Source: Patescibacteria group bacterium
GTDB lineage: Bacteria > Patescibacteriota > Patescibacteriia > CAIXNZ01
DNA length: 64,000 bases
Assembly (NCBI GenBank): GCA_028714455.1
Contig: JAQTMG010000001.1
Coordinates: forward strand, 64,568 to 128,567
Reading direction: 5' to 3'
Both the position numbers and the translations under genes were made by a program. This document shows positions 8,337-18,306 of this stretch, piece after piece. The number at the start of each line of letters is the position of its first letter. Position 1 is the first letter of the stretch. The notes beneath the pieces were generated by a model, which did no database searches, was not told the DNA's origin, and saw only the letters and a program-made list of their open reading frames with translations.

Positions 8337-8613
8337 TGCGCGTGGATGGAATCGAACCATCGACCTCGTCATTACCTGCCCCGCACTAAATTTGCTAACT
8401 GTGGACGTGGATGGAATCGAACCATCGACCTCGTCATTATCAGTGACGCGCTCTAACCATCTGAGCTACACGTCCTTATTTAATAAAAAATTTTTAAAGC
8501 AAATTTCAGTGCGGGGTCAGTGACCGACCCCAAATCTTCAAAGCAGTGACCCCGCACCAATGCTTCGCATTGTGCGGGGCGCAGCGCGCTCTAACCATCT
8601 GAGCTACACGCGC
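8337..8613 (-). pseudogene. outer, doubly interrupted tRNA-Ile (GAT) copy (pseudogene or intron-containing gene)
   Basis: 8337-8374 + 8517-8524 + 8586-8613 rebuild a complete tRNA-Ile; it matches the inner copy except for the acceptor stem (GCGCGTG/CACGCGC). Confidence 0.85.
8402..8475 (-). tRNA. tRNA-Ile (GAT), intact, nested inside hairpin 8375-8516
   Basis: GGACGTG/CACGTCC acceptor; CGTCA-CT-GAT-AA-TGACG anticodon arm; GGTTCGATTCC. Confidence 0.95.
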
Positions 8614-8714
8614 CGATAAAAGTCTGTGATTATATAATTAAAACAATGCTTTCATTTTTTGATTAACAACGCGCTTTAACGCATTGCCTCATAAACTTTT
8701 ATCGGTGCACGCGC
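8610..8714. mobile_element. ~100-bp MITE-like inverted-repeat element B
   Basis: GCGCCGATAAAAGTCTGTGA ... TCATAAACTTTTATCGGTGC (17/20 IR); CACGCGC repeated at 8607 and 8708. Confidence 0.6.
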
Positions 8715-8736
8715 AAAAAAATTTATCAATAAGCGA

Positions 8737-8765
8737 ATTATAACAAAAAAAATCGGCTTAATCAA
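8737..8765 (-). promoter_or_regulatory. promoter for the tRNA cluster
   Basis: TTGATT-17 bp-TATAAT on the minus strand, overlapping the 16S terminator. Confidence 0.6.
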
Positions 8766-8800
8766 GATCTTAACTGATATTAAATAAGCCGATTTTTTTT
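8745..8800 (-). terminator. terminator downstream of 16S rRNA
   Basis: AAAAAAAATCGGCTTA...TAAGCCGATTTTTTTT long IR with T runs on both strands. Confidence 0.65.
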
Positions 8801-8913
8801 AAAAAGCGTCTTTAACTGCTAAAAAGTGATAGAATCAAAATCCAGAAAATTTGTTTCGTTAGAAACAACCGACCTGATTAGAGCTGGCCCGAAAGCCGAG
8901 CTCATTACTCCTT

Positions 8914-10413
<1,500 letters not shown>

Positions 10414-10440
10414 AATCTGATTGTAACCGTCAGAAGGATC

Positions 10441-10470
10441 TCCGCCGAAGGCGGATCCGCCTCTGGCGGA
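10441..10470. repeat. double TCCGCC-nnn-GGCGGA hairpin inserted in a duplicate of the 16S 5' end
   Basis: TCCGCCGAAGGCGGA TCCGCCTCTGGCGGA between AGGATC and AAACTCTCAAATAAAAT. Confidence 0.7.
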
Positions 10471-10743
10471 AAACTCTCAAATAAAATGATGATAAGGTTC
10501 ATCACAAAAACCTTCCCCAGTTGGGGAAATAAGGAATTGATTCTATCACTTTTTAGTTGTCAAAGAAGAAAAAACAGGGAAATCCATTGTCCATTAAAGT
10601 ATCCCGCGCGCGGGATTTTTAACAGATCGAATTTCTCTGTTTTTTCTCCTCCCCATCGGAGCTATTGCAAAGATGGGATATCTTTGAAAAATAAATTTTT
10701 TTACTTTTTTGAGAACTTTTTAAAGTTAATTTTAGATACTGGC

Positions 10744-10772
10744 ATTATAAACTTTATTATTTAAGCTGTCAA
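10744..10772 (-). promoter_or_regulatory. 16S rRNA promoter
   Basis: Perfect TTGACA-17 bp-TATAAT; boxA-like TTCTTTGACAAC downstream at ~10556-10567. Confidence 0.85.
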
Positions 10773-10815
10773 GGGGTTAAAGCGGCCTTTTAATAAACAA
10801 CTTTTGCACAATAAA

Positions 10816-11571
10816 TTATGGATTATACCTATCCCAAACCATGTCATGAATGGAATTTACGGAATCCGCTACATCTTGATTTTTTATTAAAACAGCAAAG
10901 GGATTTTCTTCTGTAGTAAATATTATAACCATATCATCTAAAACGCCAAAAGATGCCTTGATTGGGTAAATTTTATGGGAGACAACAATAGACTCTCTTA
11001 ATTCTGCTTTGTCTTTTCTTAAAACATCCTTAAGAATGGGCGAATCAATCTGCCCAGACCCAATCATTCTACCACCTATGCCCTTAGAAACCCTTTTATT
11101 AATACATTGAGCTACTTGTTTTGTTCCATGCTGCAAAATCGTTCCTTCTACATTTTCAAATGATTTACCAAATTTTGTTTTGGCATTCTCTAGCCAAATG
11201 TCAGAAGCAATTTGCACGCCTTCTATCCCAGAATAATAGCTAATCGCCAATTTTTTTTCTGGTACACTTATTCTCTCAACTAAATCATCTGTTATCTCCT
11301 CCAGGGTTACCATTTTTCTTTCTAAAAGATAGCGCAGCTGTTTTGGACTTAGGGCCTGATATAATTTGCGTTTCTTCAATTTAAAAATTAACAAAAAACC
11401 CTTATCTACCAAATTTTGAACATGGCGATAAGCTGCCGTGCGGGGAATGCCAGCGCCTTTGGCGAGGTCGGACAATGAAGCTGATTCAAAATTTAAAGCC
11501 GCCCAATACAATTTAGCCTCATAATTATTAAGGCTAAAAACTTTTTTCAATTTTTCCATCTGATTTTCCAT
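10816..11571 (-). CDS. TrmB-family transcriptional regulator
   Basis: LNNYEAKLY.A.L...LAKGAGIPRTAAY...LVDKGF wHTH, YYSGIEGV linker, PLD-like effector domain ending DMVWD. Confidence 0.85.
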   Translation of the reverse strand: MENQMEKLKKVFSLNNYEAKLYWAALNFESASLSDLAKGAGIPRTAAYRHVQNLVDKGFLLIFKLKKRKLYQALSPKQLRYLLERKMVTLEEITDDLVERISVPEKKLAISYYSGIEGVQIASDIWLENAKTKFGKSFENVEGTILQHGTKQVAQCINKRVSKGIGGRMIGSGQIDSPILKDVLRKDKAELRESIVVSHKIYPIKASFGVLDDMVIIFTTEENPFAVLIKNQDVADSVNSIHDMVWDRYNP

Positions 11572-11741
11572 GGCTATACCATATCAAATGACGCAAATTA
11601 CGTCAAATTTTCAAAGAAGTAAATCGCTAATTTTAGATAAAATACCATGTCATATGACATTTATTGTCTACAAAAATTGATATTGCTTAGCGGACCTAAT
11701 ATACTACATTTAAGTGTGGTAATCTAACCGAATATAATTAT

Positions 11742-13121
11742 ATGTCAGAATATTCAAACATCAAAAAAGTTTCTCCTCCCGCCGAATTGCCCACGTACCA
11801 AGAAGAAAATGGTGATATTACTTTTTTTGGCAACACGACATTTAAAGAAGCTTACATAGAGAGGAAGGATGTATTCGGCATCTGGCGCTTTGATCGTCGC
11901 CAGCATATTTATATCATTGGTAAAACAGGAGTTGGCAAAACAAAGCTGATCGAACTCTTGACCAGAGCAGACATACTTGACGGTTTTGGCGTGTGTGTGA
12001 TAGACCCGCATGGCGACCTGATAAATTCTCTTCTCGATTATATTCCGGAAGGCCGATTAAAGGATGTTGTCCTGATTGATCCTACAGACACGAATTTCCC
12101 AGTGGCGTTTAATCCTCTTAAAAAAGTTGCGCCCGAGGCGAGACAGCTGGTGGCGAGCGGCTTACTTGAAGTTTTCCGCAAACAATTTGGCGATTTATGG
12201 ACCTCGCGCCTAGAACACGTGTGCAGATTCACAATTTTGGCGCTGCTAGAGTATGAGGAGGCGACGCTCGCCGATATATCTAAAATGCTCACCAACCCGA
12301 AATTCAGACAAGAAGTAATCCCGCGCATCTCTGATTCGGTTGTTCGCCATTTCTGGTCTCTGGAATTTAACAGCTGGAGCGAACGTTTTGACAACGAAGC
12401 CATCATCCCTCTCGTCAATCGAATGGGCCAGTTTTTGGCAAATCCGCTGGTGCGAAACACTTTCGCGCAAAAGGAAAATAAAATAAATTTTGACGAACTC
12501 ATAAATTCATCCAAAATCATACTTGTTAATCTGTCCAAGGGCATTATCGGCGAAGATAACACTGAACTTTTCGGCAGCATCTTGATTACTTCCATTTATC
12601 AGGCGGCTATGCGCAGGGCAAAGATTCCTAGTTCAGAGCGTTCTGATTTTTATCTCTATGTCGATGAGTTCCAAAACGTAGCGACGCAAACGTTTTTGAA
12701 TCTTTTTGCCGAATCAAGAAAATACGGATTGAATATTACCGTCTCCCACCAATATCTCGGCCAAGTTACCCCAAAAATGCGTGACACCATCTTCGGCAAC
12801 ACTGGGACAATTATTTCATTCCGTTTAGGAGGAGAGGATGCCGAGCGTTTGAACAAAGAATTCGCGCCCGTCTGCAAGGAAGAAGACCTGATCAATCTGG
12901 GTCAGCGTGAATTTGTAATAAAACTTTTAATCGCCGGAAACTCCTACGATCCATTTGCCGGCGAGACGCTAGAAGTGGAAGCCACAAAAACTTCGCACAA
13001 AGATCAGATAATCAACTATTCTCGATCAAAATATTCTCGCCCGATTAATGAACTAGAACAAGAAATGGCAGAGGGAGGCGCGGCAGAAAAAAAGGAGGAC
13101 TTTATAGCCCCGGTAGTTTAA
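11742..13121 (+). CDS. VirB4/VirD4(TraD)/HerA-like P-loop ATPase (CPR-type)
   Basis: DRRQHIYIIGKTGVGKT Walker A, IDPHGDL, YVDEFQN Walker B, ESRKYGL...HQYLGQ, IFGNTGTIISFR. Confidence 0.85.
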   Translation: MSEYSNIKKVSPPAELPTYQEENGDITFFGNTTFKEAYIERKDVFGIWRFDRRQHIYIIGKTGVGKTKLIELLTRADILDGFGVCVIDPHGDLINSLLDYIPEGRLKDVVLIDPTDTNFPVAFNPLKKVAPEARQLVASGLLEVFRKQFGDLWTSRLEHVCRFTILALLEYEEATLADISKMLTNPKFRQEVIPRISDSVVRHFWSLEFNSWSERFDNEAIIPLVNRMGQFLANPLVRNTFAQKENKINFDELINSSKIILVNLSKGIIGEDNTELFGSILITSIYQAAMRRAKIPSSERSDFYLYVDEFQNVATQTFLNLFAESRKYGLNITVSHQYLGQVTPKMRDTIFGNTGTIISFRLGGEDAERLNKEFAPVCKEEDLINLGQREFVIKLLIAGNSYDPFAGETLEVEATKTSHKDQIINYSRSKYSRPINELEQEMAEGGAAEKKEDFIAPVV

Positions 13122-13130
13122 TTTTTTGTT

Positions 13131-14849
13131 ATGGAAAATACTCCTTTGTTTAATTCTAAAATCAAAGAAATATTGAGCCAGCTCCGTCCGGGAGAGAGGA
13201 CCTGCCAAGAAACAGGGGAACGATATTTAATCCGCGAAGAAGATATCGCTTTCTATAAAAGAATGCTAGTGCCGGCGCCAGTTGTAGCGCCCTGGGTGAG
13301 ACAAAGGAATCTGCTGGCGCACGGATCTCCGCCGGATGAACTCTTTAAAATCAAATCGGCCTTATCTGGCAAAGAAATAATCACCAACATAGGACCATCG
13401 CCTGACGTGCCTGTCTACGCGGAGGATGAATGGTTTTCAGACGTCTGGGATGCGGCCGATTATGGCGTAGACTATAAACCCGGCGAAAGTTTCTTCAAAC
13501 AATTCCACGCCCTAAAGTTAAAAGTGCCTCGTCCCTGCAAACTGCCAGATGAGGGCAGTATTAATAGTCCCTGGGCCATAGGAGGCGTTCACATGAAGGA
13601 CTGTTATATGGTCTCGGCTGGTTACGAATGTGAAAACATCTTATATTCGGCCAGCGCAATTAAAAGTCGGGACTGTATGGAAATATTTTTCTCGGATTAC
13701 TGCGAGCTGGGCTACCAGCTTTTTCAATGCAAACACTGCTACAAATCTTCCTTTTTGGACGATTGCGAAAGCTGCATTAGCTGCACCTTTGGCTTTGATC
13801 TGAAAAATTGCGAAAATTGTTTTGGCTGCATTAATTTGCGCCACAAAAAATATAATTTTTTTAACCAACAGCTGACAAAAGAGGAGTACGAAAACAAAAT
13901 GAACGGCCTTAATCTGGGCTCCAGAAAAGAGTTGAACGAGTGGCAAAAAAAATTCAATGAATTTTATAAAAACAACGCCATAAGGGAAAACCTGCATTTA
14001 AAAAATACGCAAAACGTAGTCGGCGACAATCTAACTCAATGCAACGCCTGCTATAACTGCTTTGACTCCTACAACATCCAGGATTCTGCCAATGTTTTTC
14101 GCGGCATGAATGTCCGAGATAGCCATGACATCATGGGCGGCCTAAACATGGAAAAAAGTATCGGGCTGTGCGCGGTGGATTCATACAACGTAAAATATTG
14201 TACCGAAGCCATCTACAATTCAACCAATTTAGAATACTGCGAACTTTGCTACAATTTAGAGAATTGTTTTGGCTGCGTGGGTCTTAGAAACAAAAAATTT
14301 CACATACTTAACAAGCCATACTCGGCAGATGAATATTGGCAATTAGTTAATAAAATCAAGTATGAGATGCTGGCAAGCGGTGAGTACGGCCAGATTTTGC
14401 CGTTAAAATATTTAATCTACGGCTATAACTTAACCTGGGCGAACATTATCTTTCCCATAAACGAAGCGCGAGCCATGGCCATGAAGCTGCCCTGGCATGT
14501 TCACGAAAAAAACTCTGCTAATAATGGCCTCACGGCAGAATCTTTGCCCGATAATATTAAAGAGGCTGATTCAAAAATTATTGGCTCTTTATTGGTCTGC
14601 TCGGAAACCGGCCGATTATTTAAAATCGTAGAACAGGAATTCGATTTCTATAAAAAGATGAACCTGCCTTTGCCCGTCGCTCATCCCCTGGTCAGGAGAC
14701 AAAAATTATATAAAAAATTAAGAACGCCGATACTCTCCGAGAGCGTGTGCGGTAACTGCAATAAAAAAATAATGATACGCGGTTCAATAGAATCGCAAGT
14801 GGCAAAAAACGTCTGCGGTGATTGTTATTTAAAAATTATTAGCTCGTAA
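13131..14849 (+). CDS. CPR-typical cysteine-rich repeat / zinc-ribbon hypothetical protein
   Basis: Repeated CxxCxxC and NCFGCINLR/NCFGCVGLR motifs; two E.FYK.M..P.P motifs; terminal CxxC pairs. Confidence 0.8.
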   Translation: MENTPLFNSKIKEILSQLRPGERTCQETGERYLIREEDIAFYKRMLVPAPVVAPWVRQRNLLAHGSPPDELFKIKSALSGKEIITNIGPSPDVPVYAEDEWFSDVWDAADYGVDYKPGESFFKQFHALKLKVPRPCKLPDEGSINSPWAIGGVHMKDCYMVSAGYECENILYSASAIKSRDCMEIFFSDYCELGYQLFQCKHCYKSSFLDDCESCISCTFGFDLKNCENCFGCINLRHKKYNFFNQQLTKEEYENKMNGLNLGSRKELNEWQKKFNEFYKNNAIRENLHLKNTQNVVGDNLTQCNACYNCFDSYNIQDSANVFRGMNVRDSHDIMGGLNMEKSIGLCAVDSYNVKYCTEAIYNSTNLEYCELCYNLENCFGCVGLRNKKFHILNKPYSADEYWQLVNKIKYEMLASGEYGQILPLKYLIYGYNLTWANIIFPINEARAMAMKLPWHVHEKNSANNGLTAESLPDNIKEADSKIIGSLLVCSETGRLFKIVEQEFDFYKKMNLPLPVAHPLVRRQKLYKKLRTPILSESVCGNCNKKIMIRGSIESQVAKNVCGDCYLKIISS

Positions 14850-14871
14850 ATTTAATTTTGGATATTAAACT

Positions 14872-14904
14872 AAAAAGCCTCTTCGCGTCGCAAAGGGGTT
14901 TTTT
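14872..14904 (+). terminator. intrinsic terminator
   Basis: AAAAAGCCTCTT...AAAGGGGTTTTTT. Confidence 0.55.
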
Positions 14905-15014
14905 AATATTTCTTCTTCTGTTTTTGAGAAAAAGAAAAACCCCGGTCCAGATTGCTTTTGACAAAATTGACCGGGTTTAAAATTCAAGTGCTTAAAAGAT
15001 CAAGAGACAAAAGG

Positions 15015-15791
15015 TCAAGAACTGAACTTCCGGGCGAGCGCAACGCGCAAACCGCCGGGGAAGCCGTAGGCCGAGTGGGTGCCGACACAGAGGCCATTGG
15101 AATTAAAGCAGCCGACAACGATGCAGACGCCAACGAAAGACGTCGAAGCACCCCAATGGTACCAACTCTCGGCAATTCGCTCGCCATCATTAACCATATA
15201 AATGGTCAGGATGGCTTCGGCAAAGACGGCCTCATGGCAGCGTTCGTAGTCGGCACCGAGTTTAGCGATTTTTGCGTCTTGCTTACCACAGTTCAAATTG
15301 GTAAACTGGCCGCGAAAGTTGATGAGGTAATAGCCGGTTTGGGGCATGAAAGTCGCCCACTTGTCCTCGTCGCTCTCGAGCCACCAGTCGTCGTCGTTAA
15401 AACAGGGCAGCTTGGTTTTGTCAACGCCGCGCTTTTCTCTTTGCTCGCGCAGGGAAAGGCCATTGATAAAGACCAGACGCCAGTCGGACTGACCGCTCTG
15501 GTTTTCATTGGCGCACTCGAGCAGGGTTTCTTCACTGTAGCGGATGGTTGCGCTTTTTGGCACTTCAATTTCCCAGGCCTTGCCAGCCTGCTCGGCAATG
15601 ATGACCTTGTTGGCGCCAAGAATGTTGATGGCGCGAACAATGGTCAGCCCCTTGGAAAACTTTTTGGGATTTTCCAGAAAAGCGCCAAGTTCCTCGCCTC
15701 CGACTGTTCCGTCCTTGATCATGCGCATCAGATCTTCCAGTTGCCCAGGTGTTACCGAGCAACCAATGACGACTTTTTTCTTCATCGCCAT
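15015..15791 (-). CDS. hypothetical protein with a C-type-lectin/DGR-target-like C terminus
   Basis: AAAGGAGG SD; own TTGACA-17-TATTAT promoter (15834-15862); ends W...VG.F...GL.V......GLRVALARKF. Confidence 0.75.
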   Translation of the reverse strand: MAMKKKVVIGCSVTPGQLEDLMRMIKDGTVGGEELGAFLENPKKFSKGLTIVRAINILGANKVIIAEQAGKAWEIEVPKSATIRYSEETLLECANENQSGQSDWRLVFINGLSLREQREKRGVDKTKLPCFNDDDWWLESDEDKWATFMPQTGYYLINFRGQFTNLNCGKQDAKIAKLGADYERCHEAVFAEAILTIYMVNDGERIAESWYHWGASTSFVGVCIVVGCFNSNGLCVGTHSAYGFPGGLRVALARKFSS

Positions 15792-15938
15792 TTCCTCCTT
15801 TACGTTTATAGCCCGCCGGCTTATTAATACTTAATAATATCGCAGTTTCACATCTTTGTCAACAATAAAACCACGGTTTATTCGAGGGTTATTAATTATA
15901 AAAAATATTTCCTTTTCCCAATACCCAATTCCAAATAC

Positions 15939-16580
15939 CTAATACCTTTTATTTTTTTCTCGCCAATCTTTAATTTTCCCATGATTACCTGAAAGCAAAA
16001 TTTTAGGTACTTTCCAGCCCTTAAATTTTTCCGGCTTGGTATATTGAGGATATTCTAATTCATTTTCTTTACTAAATGATTCGTCTTTTGGCGATTCTAA
16101 ATTACCAAGTACGCCCGGCAATAGGCGAGTGATTCCGTCAACCAAAACCATGGCTGGGATTTCACCGCCAGTTAGAACATAATTGCCAATGGAAATTTCT
16201 TCGTCGGCTAATTTTTCTGCCACGCGATTATCAACGCCCTCGTATCTGCCGCAAATCATAATCAGCTGATCATATTTTTTTAAGCGTCTCAAATCTTTTT
16301 GTGTCAAGGTCTTGCCGCGCGCGGAAAATAAAATTACTCGGCTTTTCTTTTTCCTCTTTATACTTTTGAGCGCCTTGTAAATCGGTTCAATTTTTAATAC
16401 CATACCAGCCCCGCCGCCGTAAGGCGTGTCGTCAACTGATTTATACTTATTCCCAGCAAAATGGCGCAAGTCAGTAATTTTAATATCAATAATTTTCTTC
16501 AACTGCGCGCGCTTAACCATGGCCTTGGAAAAATAAGAATCAAAGATACCGGGGAAGATTGTGATTATGGTGAATTGCAT
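15939..16580 (-). CDS. trmD: tRNA (guanine-N1)-methyltransferase
   Basis: VDDTPYGGGAGMVL, ICGRYEGVD, SIGNYVLTGGE, LEYPQYTKP, LLSGNH. Confidence 0.98.
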   Translation of the reverse strand: MQFTIITIFPGIFDSYFSKAMVKRAQLKKIIDIKITDLRHFAGNKYKSVDDTPYGGGAGMVLKIEPIYKALKSIKRKKKSRVILFSARGKTLTQKDLRRLKKYDQLIMICGRYEGVDNRVAEKLADEEISIGNYVLTGGEIPAMVLVDGITRLLPGVLGNLESPKDESFSKENELEYPQYTKPEKFKGWKVPKILLSGNHGKIKDWREKNKRY

Positions 16581-16585
16581 ATGGT

Positions 16586-16650
16586 TGGCTTTGGGCTAAG
16601 AGCTTGGAGCCTAGAGCTAAGTTCCCTAAGCCCAGGACCCTAAGCCCTTA
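16586..16650. repeat. degenerate heptamer array downstream of the four-helix-bundle gene
   Basis: GGCTTTG GGCTAAG AGCTTGG AGCCTAG AGCTAAG, then inverted CCTAAGC units. Confidence 0.65.
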
Positions 16651-16996
16651 GCTTATTAATAAATGCGATTAATTGTTTACCAAGCTCTTCAGCTTTAATT
16701 ATTAAGTCGCGATGTTCTTGAACTGTTAAATAATTTTCATCAAGGGCAATGTCCAGACATGCCACGACTTCTTCAAGAGAAGTCAACGAAATATATAAAA
16801 ACCTTTTAAAATCTAAATCGCTATTTCTATTTGAACCTTCAGCTATATTTAAAACTACCGAATTTATAGCTCTTCTAACTTGTGAGGTAAGACAAAATGT
16901 CTCGTCCTTCGGGAATTTTTTTGATATACCATAAATTACTTTACGAAAAACCAAAGCTTCTTTATATATTCTAAATTCTCTAAATCTAAATAGCAT
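16640..16996 (-). CDS. four helix bundle protein (23S rRNA IVP / TIGR02436 family)
   Basis: FPKDETFCLTSQVRRAINSVVLNIAEGSNR...DFKRFL.IS..SL.E signature; ATG at 16996 chosen. Confidence 0.9.
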   Translation of the reverse strand: MLFRFREFRIYKEALVFRKVIYGISKKFPKDETFCLTSQVRRAINSVVLNIAEGSNRNSDLDFKRFLYISLTSLEEVVACLDIALDENYLTVQEHRDLIIKAEELGKQLIAFINKLRA

Positions 16997-17004
16997 AAAT
17001 TTAT

Positions 17005-17040
17005 TAAGCCCCAAGCCCATAGCTCCGAGCTCAAAGCTAA
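17005..17040. repeat. degenerate heptamer array upstream of the four-helix-bundle gene
   Basis: TAAGCCC CAAGCCC ATAGCTC CGAGCTC AAAGCTA, inverted relative to 16586-16620. Confidence 0.65.
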
Positions 17041-17106
17041 ATAAATTATACCACATCGGCAAATAAAAAATCTCCGTAATTTTGCGGAGATTTTTTTATT
17101 TTAAAA

Positions 17107-17862
17107 TTACATCAAAGGCCTGGAGATCGGATAGCTATATATTATTGAATCATCAAAATATGCTACGCCAGCCAGATAATTTACGCCCTTGAGCTGAACT
17201 GCTTTTTCTGCGGTAATCGGCCTTAAAGACAAATTTTCATCGTTGGGATTCACATAGTAAAGTGTAGCGTCAGTCACCCCTTGAATTATAATTCCCTTAA
17301 GATCGCTGATTTCCGGCCGATCGGTAAAAACATTTTTGCCGTTTTTTAATATTACGACATGGTAAACTTTTGAAATTTCCAGATTGTCATTTGAGAGCGC
17401 TCGGTAATAATCAACGCTCGGATTTAAATTTGTATTTCCCAGCACCTCGATCTGGCGCTGCGCGCACACAGGGCTGATTCTGACTTTCGGGTCTCCGGTG
17501 TAAAAGCCGCTTGCGGAAATTTCCGCTCCCACGCAAAGCTGCTCGTCATAAATAATATTTTGAATAAGCGTGTTGGATTCATTGCCGGCCATTGAAGCGG
17601 GAGAGAGAACTGTCTGGTCCGCCTTGGCTTTGGGCATGAAAAATAAAGTCGCAAAATTAGTCGGTTTGGCTTCAACTTTTAAATAAGAAGGTGCCGAAGG
17701 AATTTCATGAAAATGATATTCGCCCATCTCTTCACCATATGATTGACAATTATTCGAACAAACATGGCCGCCATATTGATCAAGAGATCCGGGACTGGCC
17801 AGAGCAAAACTCGGACTCATGACGAGACAGAAGATGGCGAATAAAATCGTGATTTTTTTCAT
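17107..17862 (-). CDS. secreted protein with N-terminal YHYH-like domain
   Basis: Signal peptide, then SPGSLDQYGGHVC...C...GEYHFH. Confidence 0.7.
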   Translation of the reverse strand: MKKITILFAIFCLVMSPSFALASPGSLDQYGGHVCSNNCQSYGEEMGEYHFHEIPSAPSYLKVEAKPTNFATLFFMPKAKADQTVLSPASMAGNESNTLIQNIIYDEQLCVGAEISASGFYTGDPKVRISPVCAQRQIEVLGNTNLNPSVDYYRALSNDNLEISKVYHVVILKNGKNVFTDRPEISDLKGIIIQGVTDATLYYVNPNDENLSLRPITAEKAVQLKGVNYLAGVAYFDDSIIYSYPISRPLM

Positions 17863-17985
17863 AATGTTTGGATTAATTCGTGCGCTATTAACTTAACAAA
17901 TTATTCTGTTAGACGCAAGTGGAAAAAATGTGTCTTCTAAAAACAGAAAAAGACCCCGCTTTGGAGTCTTTTTCTTATCTGATGT

Positions 17986-18306
17986 TTATATTTTTAAATC
18001 GTCGACAACGTCGGTATCAACTTCTTCAGTAGCGCGTGGGCGTCTCATGGAACCCTCGGGCTCATTAATCTTTAAGTTGACTCGGGCGTTATTTTTGGCG
18101 CCGATTATCTTCAAAAGAGTGCGAATGGCGCGGGCTGTATTGCCTCTTTTGCCGATGACATAACCGATATCGGCTGTGTTGATGTTCAGAGTCAATAAAA
18201 CTCCCATCTCATCAACTTTTCTGTCAACTTTTACATCGTTAGGATTGCCCACGATGTTCTTGACAATGTACTCAACAAATTCCACTTCTGGATGTTTTTC
18301 TGCCAT
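17986..18306 (-). CDS. khpA: KH-domain RNA-binding protein
   Basis: EFVEYIVKNIV.NP.DV.V...DIGYVIGKRGNTARAIRTLL; lies between rpsP and trmD; ATG at 18306. Confidence 0.9.
   Translation of the reverse strand: MAEKHPEVEFVEYIVKNIVGNPNDVKVDRKVDEMGVLLTLNINTADIGYVIGKRGNTARAIRTLLKIIGAKNNARVNLKINEPEGSMRRPRATEEVDTDVVDDLKI

Noticed and set aside
8375-8516. Group I intron in the tRNA anticodon loop
   Set aside because: Too short once the nested tRNA is removed. It is a simple hairpin with no recognisable P7 core, and it falls inside the anticodon rather than at a typical group I site.
14952-15827. 291-aa ORF on the + strand
   Set aside because: Antisense shadow of the GC3-rich minus-strand gene 15015-15791, which has the SD and promoter.
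16640-16996. Four-helix-bundle gene as the Avd of a local DGR
   Set aside because: Its motifs match the IVP family, trmD separates it from the putative target, and no RT or template repeat is adjacent.
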